DNA from: Ramazzottius varieornatus
Taxonomy: Eukaryota > Animalia > Tardigrada
NCBI GenBank assembly: GCA_001949185.1
Contig: BDGG01000001.1
Span: 8,031,067 to 8,095,066 of the forward strand
DNA: 64,000 bases
Direction: 5' to 3'
The position numbers and the translations under genes are program-made. The notes below the pieces were generated by a model, which was not told the origin of the DNA, did no database searches, and saw only the letters and a list, made by a program, of their open reading frames with translations. Below, piece after piece: positions 1 to 12,727 of this stretch. Position 1 is the stretch's first letter. Each line of letters begins with the position of its first letter.

Positions 1-1690
1 CTATTCGCCTTTGGAGGTTCGCTCGACGAACGTCAGGCATGCCGAGAAGTGGTGGCGGTTGCCTGTCCCGGTATACAGTTCCCCTCCAGGAAAGATCTGA
101 GTTTGCTAGGTGCACCACTGATGGAAGAGGGCCTGGAGGAAGCCATTCGCGCGAAAACAAGTAAGATGAAGCTGGTGCGCACGAACCTTAACTTGTTGTT
201 TGCTCACCAGGCCCTCTTCGTGCTCGAAAACTGCCTTTGCGTTCCCAAGCTCCTGTACATTCTCCTGTCTGGAAGATTACGTGGTTGCTTACAGAGTTCG
301 ACGAGGTGGTACGGGCAAGTCTGGAGAAATGTGCTAACGACGAATTGACATCTGGTCTATGGCGACAAGCAACACTTCCCTTCGGTCTAGGTGGATTAGG
401 CATTCGTCGTACGGAAAATATCGCGCTTTCTGTCTTTCTGACATCGTTCTAATCTTTATATCAACTGCTACTTGGGCTCTGAGCAGAGCTCCTCAGAAGT
501 CCGGGGTCACGGCGTAGAGACATAATCGGTGAAATTCAGACAAGGGCCATGGTAGCTCAAGGGTAGAGGCCGGGGCCTGCCATGTGGAGGCCTGGATATT
601 TCAAGAAAAACCTGGAAACCCTCCCTTGCCCTCGTTAAATTTCATCAGCTGTGCCTTTACCCCATGACCCCAGACTTCTGAGGAACCTTGCCCAAAGCCC
701 ACTTGACATCCTGTTCTAAAACTAACGTCGACAGCGAAGCGAACCTCGTCATTTCCAAGCAGAGTCTCTTCCCTACAGCTACAGCATCTGTCCCCGATCT
801 GCTTTACCAACAGAAAGCCCAGGACTCGCCGCTTCTCAAAGAAATCCATGAGAATCTAGTAAGTACCATTATGGATAACAATAAAACGAGACTTTTTCTT
901 TTTCTAAACAAGAATGCACGATTCTGGCTTCACAGGCTATGTCCCAATGCTCGGGACAATTTTCTCCGCAACGGCGCCCTTCGGATCAACGTTGGTCTAC
1001 GTCTGGGTGCCAAGCTCTTTTGTTCCATATCTGTTGCTCTGGAACCAATTTGGATGAATACGGTCAACACGGCCTGCGTTGCAAGTTCAGTGGCGGTTGT
1101 TACAGCCGGCACAACGCACTGAGCCAGTCGCTCAAGCGTGCGTTGACATCTGACCAGATCTCAGCCATCCCTAAACCTCCAGGGATCTTCGGGAAGGACA
1201 AGAGACGGCATGAGTTCATGGAAGAACGGTGAAGAGCTCTTCTGGGACTTTACGGTCGTGGATACCCTCGCCATAACGAACTTCGCAATGTCCACGCTCA
1301 AACCCGATCCCCGATGCCGCCGAAAAGAGAAAGATTTCCAAGTGCAAGGACATCAAAAGCCAGTTCCAGTTCTGCCTCGTTGGTTTAGAGATCCTTGGAC
1401 AATACGACCTTGTGCAAAGGAGCTGTTTGAGGCAGTCGGAAGGAAGATGGCTGAAGTAACTGGCGAGTCTGATCTTTTCACGCCTTCAAGCAATGAGTGT
1501 CAATCGATATTCTGTGCAATGATTATTGTTCTGTTCTTAATACTGTCAAAGATACGAAAGGCCTCGACGAAGCTTTTCATGTTTTAGATATTAAGAAAAG
1601 TACAGTAAATCCATGTAACGCTTGTTGGTTACTTTTGTGTCGCTGCTTTCCCACTTTTTGAGTGTAGATTATTGTCTTCAAATGAAACAA
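1..1690 (+). mobile_element. Decayed CRE-like non-LTR retrotransposon, 3' half (RT C-terminus, Zn finger, restriction-like endonuclease, 3' UTR)
   Basis: Frameshifted ORFs give LLGAPL, HQALFVLENCLCVPKLLY, WRQATLPFGLGGLGIR, GLRLG, HGLRC...SRHNAL, WKNGEELFWDFTVVDTLA. This motif order is typical of RLE-encoding non-LTR elements. Interrupted by an insertion at 474-700. Confidence 0.85.
474..700. mobile_element. 227-bp MITE with ~70-bp imperfect TIRs (GGG...CCC) and 4-bp TSD ACTT
   Basis: GGGCTCTGAGCAGAGCTCCTCAGAAGTCCGGGGTCA.. pairs with ..TGACCCCAGACTTCTGAGGAACCTTGCCCAAAGCCC. ACTT lies at 470-473 and 701-704, and removing the insert rejoins the retroelement sequence. Confidence 0.85.
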
Positions 1691-2114
1691 TGCAAGAATT
1701 CGCTTCTAAAGCGTGACTCAGAAGATATGTTTCAACCGTCGGTCTGATTCTATGTGACTGAATCCAATAAGCCAAAGATGTCAGTCTCAGTCTGAGGACA
1801 GTTTGAGGACAGTCTGAGGGTCTGTGGGGACAATCGACTCAAATCATTTGGTTTTCGCCTTCCAAACAACAGAAGAATCCACATGCTTTTATCAAGCAAC
1901 AGAATCGATCGAATGCTACTACAAAAACTCGTAAAATTCTACGGCGTAAAAACGAGCTCGTTCGGGAATTTCAGAATTTGAAAGTAACATTCGATCCTGC
2001 GGCTTCATGAAAAGTACAGTCCGTTCAAGCAAAGTATATGCAGTTGCTTTGGCGATTGGAAACCTTCAACCGGCTGTTCGTTCGTCAATGTCGTTAATTT
2101 TGCGCAATTAGGCA

Positions 2115-2222
2115 CACGCGCCTGGCCTAACTGTTGGCATGGGCAAAACAACTGGCAGCCGGCCGAGAGCGGTAACGGACATTAGATTAAGCTGAGTATT
2201 GTTGTTTTAGGTTAAGCGCATG
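2115..2222. mobile_element. Degenerate copy of the CACGCGCCTGGCCTA MITE family
   Basis: Begins CACGCGCCTGGCCTAA like 16575. Its interior is the reverse complement of part of the 5294-5453 copy. Confidence 0.65.
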
Positions 2223-3099
2223 TATTCTGTCTCCTCTCTTCTACAGGAAAAACCGCGCACAAAAGCGCATCAGAAAACCGACTCGAAACAAGGACATATG
2301 TAGAACGGCGTGAATACGTCTCTAATATTCTTTCCTTCACCCTGAGCATAAAAATTGTTTTCGGGGATGTTCGAGCTTTCATCACCGGAAACTTCGTTCA
2401 TACTTGTTTGGCAAGCTTTCGGCTTTCCCTTCACGTATGTTGTAAAATTGTGCCATCCATTGACTCAATGATACCGTGACTTTTGTGTCGAAGGCGCTAA
2501 CAAGCACAGCTAAAAAGCAGTGTTTCCGCAAACGTTGTCAGTTTCGTTCGGATGAACAAAAGGATGCGTTTTCGCTACCCGGATTAACGCTGAGGCTTGT
2601 AATGGCGACTATCTCGCGGGATGGCCTGATGGGAGAAGCACCACAGGGAAATTCCGGTTCTCTTGTGTGATCATTTTTAGGCTTCATCGAAATCGGGATC
2701 GTCCGATCAGAATCAGGCCAAAATGTCACCTCAAGTGCGAGTTTTCCATGGTTTAGTAAGTTTTCGCCATGGGTTACGGTTTCCGGTGTCGTGATGTCAG
2801 GATCTGGTTTCCTATAGGGAACTCGACATTGAGCCAAGCAACTGACTTAATGGATCTATCAACGGCCACAAGTCACGAATCGCCAGACAGGTCAATTTTG
2901 CAGTATCAGAAAGTTGAGATCAGATTTTGCTCATCCCGCCATCGGGGAAGATCAGCCGACTGGATCACTAGCCCCCAGTATGTAGGATTCTCCACACAGT
3001 CACACGCGTGAATCAGTCCCAGGCAGCAAAAACGCGGAATGTGACTAAATCAATGATCAGCTCTCAACCAGTCTTGACGAAGTTTTCATGTTGTAGATG

Positions 3100-3190
3100 T
3101 CGAGAAGGGAACCTCTGTGTGGGTTTTATTTACTTCGTTCGTATCGTTTGTTCCTCATTTTTTGAGTGTAGACTATTGTTTTCGAATGAA
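3100..3190 (+). repeat. Isolated 3'-UTR fragment of the CRE-like element
   Basis: TTTTTGAGTGTAGACTATTGTTTTCGAATGAA matches TTTTTGAGTGTAGATTATTGTCTTCAAATGAA at ~1655-1686. Confidence 0.6.
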
Positions 3191-4358
3191 GTTACTTTTC
3201 CAATACGAGGGTCAGAGGACACGCAAGAACTTAGTATTGCTGTACGGGACAGACAATGGTTCCCGGCTTTTGGGATTTTCTCCCAAACAGCGAAGTTCTT
3301 CCTCTTCCGTTCTGATTGTGCATGGACAGCTGGGACCTCTAGCTACCATAGAAAAACATCGACTTTATAATAGGCATATGATATTCCACAAGGTTTTCTT
3401 TTAACCTGGAACTTATTCGCATCCTGAATTCAGCTGGAGGTTCGAGATGACAGATAGTCTTTCGCAGGAAACAAAAACTACGGAATGTGTGCACTAGAAA
3501 ATGTGACGAAATATGCCTTAATTATGGTGCGAAATTCACTATGACCACTACCTAGCTGTACAAGTTCACTGTTGACGCGGCGGGGGTGAATCCTCCCCAG
3601 GACTTTATATGGCTTCAAAAAAAGTATTGGCACTTCTTCCTGCCAGTTCGGTGTTGGCTAATAGTCACTTTTACAAAAAATATATCGAGAAAATTATCTT
3701 TATTTATACTCTCTCAAGGGTACTTGGCAAATCAGGATGCACCGAATATTACTGATTATGAACGTAACCTTAGAAGATCCGAGAGTTCATTGGTTCATGA
3801 GTACCGACTCTGACTCGCATAGCTACGGTACCAGGCACATATAGACAAGAGCCGGATCTCTTGCCGGTTTTCTCGCGCAGACTTTCTGCAAATATTTTAA
3901 CCGGACCGTTTACTCATATTGTAGTCTGTTAGGCAGTGTAACATCAGCGAAGTCCTCGAAAAGTTCTTCCTCCATTCGACCTGAGCAGAGCCACAGTTTT
4001 GCCGAATTAGTTAACCTAAGGCGCAAAGGCGCCAAGATCCAGTATCGTGAATGCTCGTCATGTGAACAGCACGCGGAAGTTTGATCCCTTATCCGCTCAA
4101 CTTTTGACTTGCTGGACAAAACAGCCGCGATCTGCTGTCAAAGCCAGCAAGCATTTTCCACAACGTCGAATATGTTTCCCTGCGCGTAATCAAATCTTAT
4201 TGCTTAGTGCATATGCATACCTTCACTGCAGCTGCAGTAGTGTGTTTTAAACCGCTAATTAAGTTTGATCGTGGACAAGAAGGTACTTCCTACGTTGTGC
4301 TCGCTGCAGCTTGTGTTATCGAATTCAGCAGGGTTTGCTTGTGATACGACTCATGCAG

Positions 4359-7300
4359 TTAGTTAGCCGTGCAGCATGCAGCAGCGTCGCTTACAGCTGC
4401 TTTATGGAAAACGAAGTTGAAAAGCATTTGCATCATTAGTTTGATTCCTTTAGGACCAAAATGTAACCCGTCAGTTTTTTCAGCCATCATGTGATGTATT
4501 TGATAGTAGGACTCCCATATATGGACGGATGTCCCCCGCAAGCATTGTCTTGACACATCATTAAAAATTCCTTGCTTTTCGTTCATGTGGTCTGATTCTG
4601 GTTTCCACGTGATTGGATGTTGAACTGCCCATAAAACAGCTGATCGACTGGACAGGCTCTCCAAGACAGGGACCAGCAGTGTCAAATTCCTAGAAAAAAT
4701 AAACATGCGTCTTGTAAATTCATACATTCAGTTGAACACGCTGGCTGTGGTTGTTACTCGATCAGGTTTTCCTTCGCCGAGGCTACTTGAAGTCTTCAGA
4801 ACCGGAATTCGGTTTTACGTTACGGTTTCAGCAGTCGGCGTTTTCACAACAAAGACTTCTATTCTGTAAGACCAGGCTATGTCGGGCATTTGAAGAGAAC
4901 GAGCTGTAACGACAAAATTTACATGTGATGGAACAAGAGTCAATTGTGAGTTGCTGATCAACCATCTTCGTAGACCTAATGCGAACAAGTCTGTATTTAG
5001 ACGGCTGTGCCTCGCTCGCTGAGTACCGAATTGGGTAATTCTTCACGAAGCAGACATAGAAAGTAATAGTCAGAATCTCGAAAACTACCTTAAGACAAAC
5101 TGTTGTCTTTCGAGGGCATAAATCCGTTCTATACTGTCAGGTTAGAGACCTCCTGACCATGCCCTCCATGACGCAACTGTTCGAAGCTGTCGGAAATAAG
5201 ATGCCGGAACTAACTGGCAAGTGTGAATCTTTTCAGTTATTCAAGCGAATGTCAATTGAAATCTTTCGAGGTAATAGTTATTCTGTCTCAGTACACGCAC
5301 CTGTCCTTACTGAAGGCATGGATCACAACGTTGGGAGTCGGCCGGAACCATTAATGGTCAGCTTGATTCAATGCGCGCTACCGCTTTCGGCCGGCCGCCA
5401 ACTGCGTGGTTCATACCTTCAGTAAGGACAGGCCAACAGTTATGTTGGGTGCGTACTGTAAGAACGAAAGGAGTGGATGAAGTATTTATGTTTTACATAC
5501 TACGGAACAATCAGTCTAACGTTTGTTTTTCATTTTATATACGCTGCTTCTTCACACTTAAGTGTAGAGTACAGTGTACGCCAAAAATTAAGCGCTAGAA
5601 ACGTGCGACATTGCAGCTGAAGCCTCTCTACGATTTTTAACAGCTATCTGTGACGCTCACTGTATTGTCTTTAGATAACACCTTGAGCACCACGCGATTT
5701 CTGACTCTGAATACCGGGTGAAAAAGTCACTTTCGCCTGTTTTTAACTGGTCAAAACCGGGGGCGTCGCCAAATTTGACCGATCATCACTTTCTCGATTG
5801 GCCGGAATTCTGGAATATGATGTAAAGTGCGCCACCTATCAACTTGAAACGGCCAACCTTCATGGTTTTTTTTTGAACACCGAAAAAGCGATTTCTCAAA
5901 TCTGAAAAATTCGCTAGATGGAGAAATGTTTAGACTCGAGCTAGGATTTTTGGATACTCTGGCGCAACCGACTGCTTTACTGAAAAACATTCTGCTGTCT
6001 AGGACGAAATTTCCATCGAATACAGAAAAAATTCCAGACAGTTGTGCAGATACCCTGTCCAGTGGCCGCTAGTCCCAGTGTGGAGGGAAGTTGATTCTTC
6101 AGGCAAAGAGAGAAAAACGAGGAACAAAAGTTGAACCGGAATCTCGCCACGTGCATATTAGTGTGCGCCGGGAAGTGAGTTTCCCACCCAGTGCTCAACG
6201 TGGTAAAGGTGTTTACATTTGGAAACCCTTACATTCTTGATGGAGAGTACCACAACGACACACCACCCAGACAGGAACGTTACCTGGACCGAACGGTAAC
6301 CTATCTGTCATGAGAGACCGGGCTGACAATGCCACGGGGGACTAGGCGGTACAAGAAGCTCATCCTCTGCACCGCTCTTGCGAGACCACAACGCCTGGCG
6401 GATCAATTAATAGAGATACTATTGCAGTTGAAGGGTGGTAAATCAAACAATCGAAAATCGGTGAGTGAGTTCGGTGGCTGTTCTAATTAAAAGCCCTGAT
6501 TAACAGTTTCGATGTAGCCGGCTGTTTAGTCCGCACGAGATTTTCTGTCGTACTTCCTCGGACCGTATTTTCTCCAGTCCAGGTAAACGTCCGCAATGAT
6601 ATGTCAGTTTGTCTACTTCCACATGCTTAACTGTTTGGCTTGCCACATTTTTTATGTGGAGGCCAAAACCGTTCTAAGAGAAGATATTCCGGATGACCAT
6701 ACATCCGTTTACGAAGGCCAGATTTTACTGCCCAAATATGTTCGTATAATGCGGTCTCACTACCAATAAAATGCGGTGAGATGGTATTGCATACTGACCG
6801 GAAACAAACGACCAAGAGGTCAGCTGAAGTTTATTAATTGGTCTGGCCTAATTGGTCTGACCAAAGCGTGGCCAAAACTACGTTAAAGTAGCGTCGTGGT
6901 CCTGCCCGGCCAAGAAGTTACACCTATGGTATCTCTGTGCAAAAGAGTTCACTTTTCAAACAGTAATTGAAACACTTCCATGCTGCACCACCAGCGTCCT
7001 TCAGTAGTGGTACCTCTGTAGCGGATTAATCGGTACATGCATATTTCGCGGTGGTTCTATGTCATACCGAATGCATCCTTTCCCGTGGTCACGATCTCTA
7101 ATGGCGCCCGTCAGCGGTCACCGACGTCGTGTGATCACAGGAGGAAACAGCTCTCCCCGTATGTGGTTCGGTAATGATGAGTTTACCTTTGGAAATACAG
7201 CATGCAGTCTCCGAACGGAACTTGTTTGAGGTTGCAGCCTCGTATAAACCAAACTCCGGCGCTCAGGACAATAACAGCTGGAATTTCGCTAGTGTTTCGA

Positions 7301-7987
7301 CTGAGTAGTCCGCTGAGTCTAGGGTGTAGTGTCTTGTAGTCGTTATACGGAACCCACCACCTCTCGAGAACAAAGTTATGCTGCTCAAATGTCCGTCGAA
7401 ATTCGCAAGCCTGTAATAGCTCATTTGGCCAGACAAGAGAATTTGCGTCTGGCCGGTCGCAGAAGTTGGTTGCTGGCCACTCATTAACGTAAGATTCGTT
7501 GACGACATGTCTGTGGATGGCAATCTGGAGCTGCCTGATTCTTGAGTCACCAATCAGAAGAATGCTAAGTCTTCTGGGACATGTGCCGTTAAGCATAGCT
7601 TTCGCATATTTCGAGAACCTGAATAAGAAGGAACAGATGGTGCTCGATTAGACAACATATCTAAAATATAGCCTTCACTCACTCTTCATAGTTATAGTTG
7701 TGCATCTGGCAGTCTATTGGCCGCCAGGTCTCGTTAGGATACTGTAGACCGAATTTTAGCATTGCATTGCAGCCAGAAATGTGGGAAGAGCATTGATCTG
7801 TACGTTGATAGCGCGAGCCAAGATCATTGGTCTCGTCACGAGAGTCGTTAATGGATGTGTATCTAAGACCTGGAATGTATGTTGTCGTACCGCATTCTTG
7901 TTTCCAATAGATCAACAGACAAATTATGCCGGTGGCTGCAACAAAGGTCCCAAAGTAGCCTCCTTGAACACATGGAATGAGTGTCAT
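4359..7987 (-). CDS. Stand-alone CASD1/PC-esterase-like SGNH O-acetyltransferase/esterase, gene A; complement(join(4359..4689,7187..7618,7683..7987)), 355 aa
   Basis: Three exons are joined by phase-2 GT-AG introns with matching frame (1068 nt total). The protein has an N-terminal hydrophobic anchor (FVAATGIICLLIYW), WRPIDCQMHNY, LIGDSRIRQL (GDS), VLWAVQHP, DGLH (DxxH) and a terminal CC. Confidence 0.85.
5159..5590 (+). mobile_element. 5'-truncated CRE-like retrotransposon 3' end, interrupted by a MITE
   Basis: LFEAVGNKMPELTG..FKRMSIEIFRGN aligns with ~1420-1590, and similarity resumes after 5455. Confidence 0.75.
5294..5453. mobile_element. TA-flanked MITE (Tc1/mariner-type TSD), CACGC family
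   Basis: TA|CACGCACCTGTCCTTACTGAAGG...CCTTCAGTAAGGACAGG...GGTGCG|TA. The paralogous CRE copy at ~1540 shows the empty site. Confidence 0.75.
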
Positions 7988-9410
7988 TTTTTGATCGCAA
8001 TGAGCCACAAAATTACTGTAAAAGAGATGTGGTTTAGTCGAACACAATTGTCAGCATATTCGTTCCAGCAGTGGCCGCAGAGAGGTATACCGCTGTTGAG
8101 TTTGCGAAGTGAGACGTACCGCTGGTACGACCACCACGCACACAGGTGTAGAAAGTGACCAATACCGAAAGTTTTACTGTTTTAAACTAAATTGACTGAT
8201 TTAAACATTAGAAGAGGGCAAAGACTCTTTTTTCGCTTTCGCTGCTGACGGCTTGTTGCATAGATTAAGCTGCCACCGCGGGATGAAAGTCCGACCGCAG
8301 CTAAAATGAGCTGCAACGTCACTCACTCAAAGTTGACTGGGTGTGCCCGGAAGTGGTCGCTCTATCAGCTTTTGGATAGAGTGACCGGGCATACAAGGCA
8401 TGGGGCTGGTGGCTTATAAGCGGTTGCCTTTTGATGCCAGTAAACACCAGTTTCTGTAGCGATGAATGCGCCCAGAAGAAAGGAAGGACCATAGCCAGAG
8501 CGTCCACACTGACCAACGCTTCACTGACCAGCGTAAAGACGCTCTGCAGGCACCGGGTGGGAGCTGACTGGTCAAGCCTCTTCGTGCCTGCCGTGAAAAG
8601 TAAACAAACTTTGAAGCGTGATCCTGAACAGTCGACCCGTTTGCAATAAGAATTTCGTCAAGAAATTCCAGGATGAGCGAAAACAAAATATTCAAAACAT
8701 TTCTCCGATAGCTGAGTGTTTGGGAAACGTACTCCTAAGCTTTGCTAGTCGCAACCATGAATAGTTTTCGAGCAATCGGTCTCTAAAGCCGTCTGCCAGT
8801 GTAATTTTAGCATTGCCCGAACCACATTGCAGGTTGCCACTTGAAAATGAAGTGCTGAGTGGCCAACGTTATCATCTATAACTTTGTGCTCGATGGCTCC
8901 TCATAGAACGGTCGAGTCGAGCTACATCGCCGCAAAACCAAAATCGTATTTACGGGTCCATGGCAGCGCAGCCAGGGGTCTGTTTGCGCTGCCCGCGGTT
9001 ATTTCTCAGAAATCAACCATTTTTCTACCTTACTCGGCGGGCTTCACACAGAAAACGTTTCTGAAATGCCCGAGATAAATCTTTCCCCAGAATGGCCGGA
9101 AATCACAGGCCCGTCGTCTTAAGCTATCTCACACACTGCATAGGAGAGAGTAACGCGCAGCCCTTTCGTTGTTTTAGTACCTACTTAGCATTAAAATGGG
9201 AGGATTAAGTACGAAAAGCGTAACTTTTCAGTCCGGTCTGCGTTATCTTACCGGGGAACATCTCATTTTGGTCAGTTTGTTGCTCAAGTATTAACAAGTA
9301 CGAGTACTGAGTGATTACAAGGCTTCCAGGCTGCCATACGAAGATATTTCGCTAAGCTGTGTCCTCGACCTGAATTAAGAGGAACGATCTTAGTATGGAC
9401 TGTGTAATTT

Positions 9411-9802
9411 GGTTCTAACCAGAGATATCCGAAATTGGAGTCAAGTGAGAAAATCGGTCCCTTGCCCTAGGAGAGAATCTGCTCGAAGTTTCTAACGCAC
9501 AAGACGACGGCATTCATGTTAGGCAACAGCACGCGGATGAGGTATTAACTAGTAGCCAGTCTTTACTGTATGCTCTCCCGAAATTCACGTACGTCACTGA
9601 TTCTCAAATCATTGGGGTCTTACCGTCTAATTTTACACTCTGAATGGAGTGACGTACGTGAATTTCGGGAGAGTATGCAGTAATTAGATCTGTACTGTTG
9701 TGAAACGAAAGCCGCGGTCTTCTGCGTCTTCACGCAGTTTTATCTAGAGCGGAGCACAATCGCGTCAATTGGGATTAACTTCGGACCCCTTTGGTTAGAA
9801 CC
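9411..9802. mobile_element. Older inverted-repeat element (GGTTCTAACCA...TGGTTAGAACC) hosting a nested MITE
   Basis: ~26-bp imperfect terminal inverted repeats; no clear TSD. Confidence 0.5.
9566..9680. mobile_element. 115-bp TA-flanked MITE
   Basis: TA|CTGTATGCTCTCCCGAAATTCACGTACGTCACT...AGTGACGTACGTGAATTTCGGGAGAGTATGCAG|TA. Confidence 0.8.
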
Positions 9803-11169
9803 ACCAATGAAATAAACAGAATTCTTGTATCAGTATTAAATTAACCTCACTGGAAAAATTTGGCTGTCGGATTAGCAGCGGCTTCCTGCACTCTGGATTT
9901 CCGAAACTCTTGACAGAACGCGGTGATCCATGTTGTTGGCTGCTGTAACCTCTTTACCGGCCCACGCTACGTTAAAAAACCGCTATTCGATTTGAAGTTA
10001 TGACCACTGCAGGTCTACTTGGTTATCGGGTGGCCGAGAAGACACCCAAATTTTGAGCCGTTCCTCGTTCATTCTGCCGATGGCGACAATACCTTGAGCA
10101 ACGCTAATAGCGCTTCCATCATGCTGAACCTTGAAATAAAGGTTAAACCAAGGCCGCAATCTGTCTGACTTACGCCCTGCCTGACCCACCACGCTTGATT
10201 TAGCTGACTCACTAAACGCGATGCGGATACATCGACGAACTGTCCAAGGATCGCTAACAGTTGTACGGAGGCACTGTTGGTTGGTGGCTTTTGAGGAGCG
10301 AAGGTCAAACGGCCCAAAATTATTGCAGAAAAGGTGGTTTCTATTTTACATCGCTCGACGCATTAGCATGATGATACTGTCCAGTCGCTCGAAAAGTGTA
10401 CAACCGTTTTCAATTCTAGTTGAAGGCCTGCTGAACATTCATCAAACAGCATGCCAAGCCACAGGCGAAAATTACGTCAATTATACAATACACTGTGCTC
10501 TGAGTGGGGTAATCAAGTAATCAAGTCGCACGGTTCTGTCTGTATCGGCAAGGTGAGCAGTATCGTTAACTTTGAATGATTTGCGTGGTGAGAATTCGAA
10601 AAACCTTGTATATATTCGGAGCGACTCGACTGTAACGAGGAAGAAAATTAGCCCGATACGGTTGGATAATTTTAAAAAACCACCAGGCCTTTTAGGCCAT
10701 TGGCGAAGGCATGGTGATGCTCATTTCGTTCGAAAGTCCGCGCTCGTCTGAGAGAATTCGCTTCGATGGAAACGATAAGCGAAGCTTTAACGGTAGTGAG
10801 AACCTTTCTCCAGAAAGGCCACGGAGTTCGCAAGAATTCGTAGTTCGTCTGAAGGAGTCTGCCTTAATTAGCAAATTCACGACAGCGGATCACGTTACAG
10901 CTACTGTGTCGAAAATCCATCCCTTGCCGTGATTATGTGACATTGGCTACCTTGATTAATGCTGTGGTGACATATGACGACGGGAAAGGATGCTTTTTTG
11001 ACATTATAGTTGCACTTAGTGTCGAAGCTTAACCACGTGAATAGACTTTCCCTGATCTGACCGGGTTGATCGACCAGGGATCGATCGGGTTATGAGCACT
11101 AACGCTCGTATCTTCGAGCTCGGGTCAACTGGGTCGAGCCTGAACAAACTACGACACAACGCGTGGGTT

Positions 11170-11244
11170 GTCGATGATCCAGGGTCAAACGGGTCGATGA
11201 TCCAGGGTCAAACGGGTCGATGATCCAGGGTCCAACGGGTCGAT
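11170..11244 (+). repeat. 23-bp minisatellite, ~3.3 copies (GTCGATGATCCAGGGTCAAACGG)
   Basis: Head-to-tail direct repeats, with degenerate related units at ~11060-11140. Confidence 0.9.
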
Positions 11245-12023
11245 TATAACAACGGAGATTTGCATAAATCATCCGTCATGGTCGGGTCATAGCAAGCTTA
11301 TTTGTCAGGTTTCGAAGCATATAGTACGGTACATGACACGGAACTTTTTCAGAGGTACGCTTTGTTGGTCTAACCGTTGACCAGATTATTCGGCTATGAA
11401 CAATCATTGAGTATCAGGAGGGGTGTTGGTGAGTCACTGCAAGTCGGAATCCCGCTATGCCGTAGTACACGAGGTAACTATCTTATTTGACTCGACTTTG
11501 CAGAAAACAAGGAAACCAGCGAAGTAAAGATAGGTCCAACTGATCTGGTGGAAGAACGAGGTCGAAAAAGCACATACAGTTGAAAGCAAATCAACTTCGA
11601 GAACTCTCAATGCTTGATAATTGGGAGCGACAACAGCACCAACCCTAGTCCTTTGACGAAGTATCAGAATATTCTATGGGTTGCGGAAGTAGTTCAGAAT
11701 CATCTGGATGTTGTTGTTTAGAGTTTCCGGTTCTGTGTATAACCCGTCCATCGTATCATCGAATTTTGAATCGGATTAGATTCCTAGTAGACCACTTTAC
11801 TTTCAGAGAATTTGGCCCGAGCCGTGCGTGCGGCTTTTTCATACAAGATCATGTTTCTGTTGGTCAGTTCCCTGGAACGAAAAGAACTTTCGCTGTATCT
11901 CCGAGATGTGACAGTTCAATATTCCGGTTTGAGTTTTACACAGCTCGCATGTTCACGGAAATCGTCATACAGTTCCTACGACACAGATCAGCTGATCGGA
12001 CAGACACTTAATCCCTTGCCATA

Positions 12024-12727
12024 CAGTCACTGTCACGGGTCATCGCCACCCCATAGTGTTCGTTCGTAATTTCGTGTCTGCTGACCCCATTCTCCGATTC
12101 CTAAAACTTGAAGGTTGTTACGTACAAGACACCTAAAGTTTTTCGACCGCGTGAGAGACATTTTCTCGTATATGTACCACGGCCCACTTTTCCGAACACA
12201 ATTAATCGGTTATCTCCTTCGTTGCTTATCTGTGGAATCCACATGGTAACTCTCGGCTCATTCGAGAGAGTAAAATCTCACCTATCGCTACTCGCTAGAT
12301 ACCCGATTCATAGATAACGGATGATCACGACGGAAGATATTCAAGACGAAAATATCTCGTCCATTAACAACGTCAACAAATGGGGTGTCGTATCCATACG
12401 CAAAACTTTTTGAGAAATTTTTGCTGGAGACCTCTTCTATTGCGATCCATGGAACTGTGTGTTTGTTAAATTTTGACCGTTTAGGACCTCTGATAAACCT
12501 CCCTCGTGATTTGTGAACAGGCACCAAAAATGACCCTTATTTCCGTGTTCGAACGACCAATTCTTACCGGTTAATTGATTGAAAAACGGCTTGTCTGTCA
12601 CGTGGTCAAAAATCTGCAGGTTTCTTGTACATAACAAAGTTTAAGTTTTTGGATTGGGCAATGGGTTCAGGAGACGCGAAATTACGAACGAACACCCTGG
12701 GGTGGCGATGGCCCGTGACAGTGACAG
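12024..12727. mobile_element. ~700-bp non-autonomous DNA transposon with ~90-bp TIRs (TA|CAGTCACTGTCACGGG)
   Basis: 12024-12113 is the imperfect reverse complement of ~12640-12727. TA-CAGT termini are typical of Tc1/mariner/pogo. Confidence 0.75.

Noticed and set aside
546-615. Functional tRNA gene
   Set aside because: There is no GTTCRA T-arm/B-box and no pairing acceptor stem, so it is kept only as a tRNA-derived candidate.
8326-8588. Upstream coding exon for gene A
   Set aside because: It has acceptor and donor signals, but the frame that would join the 8015 acceptor contains a stop. At best it is a 5'-UTR exon.
11170-11244. CRISPR-like repeat array
   Set aside because: The 23-bp units are contiguous with no spacers, there are no cas genes, and the context is eukaryotic. 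It is a minisatellite.
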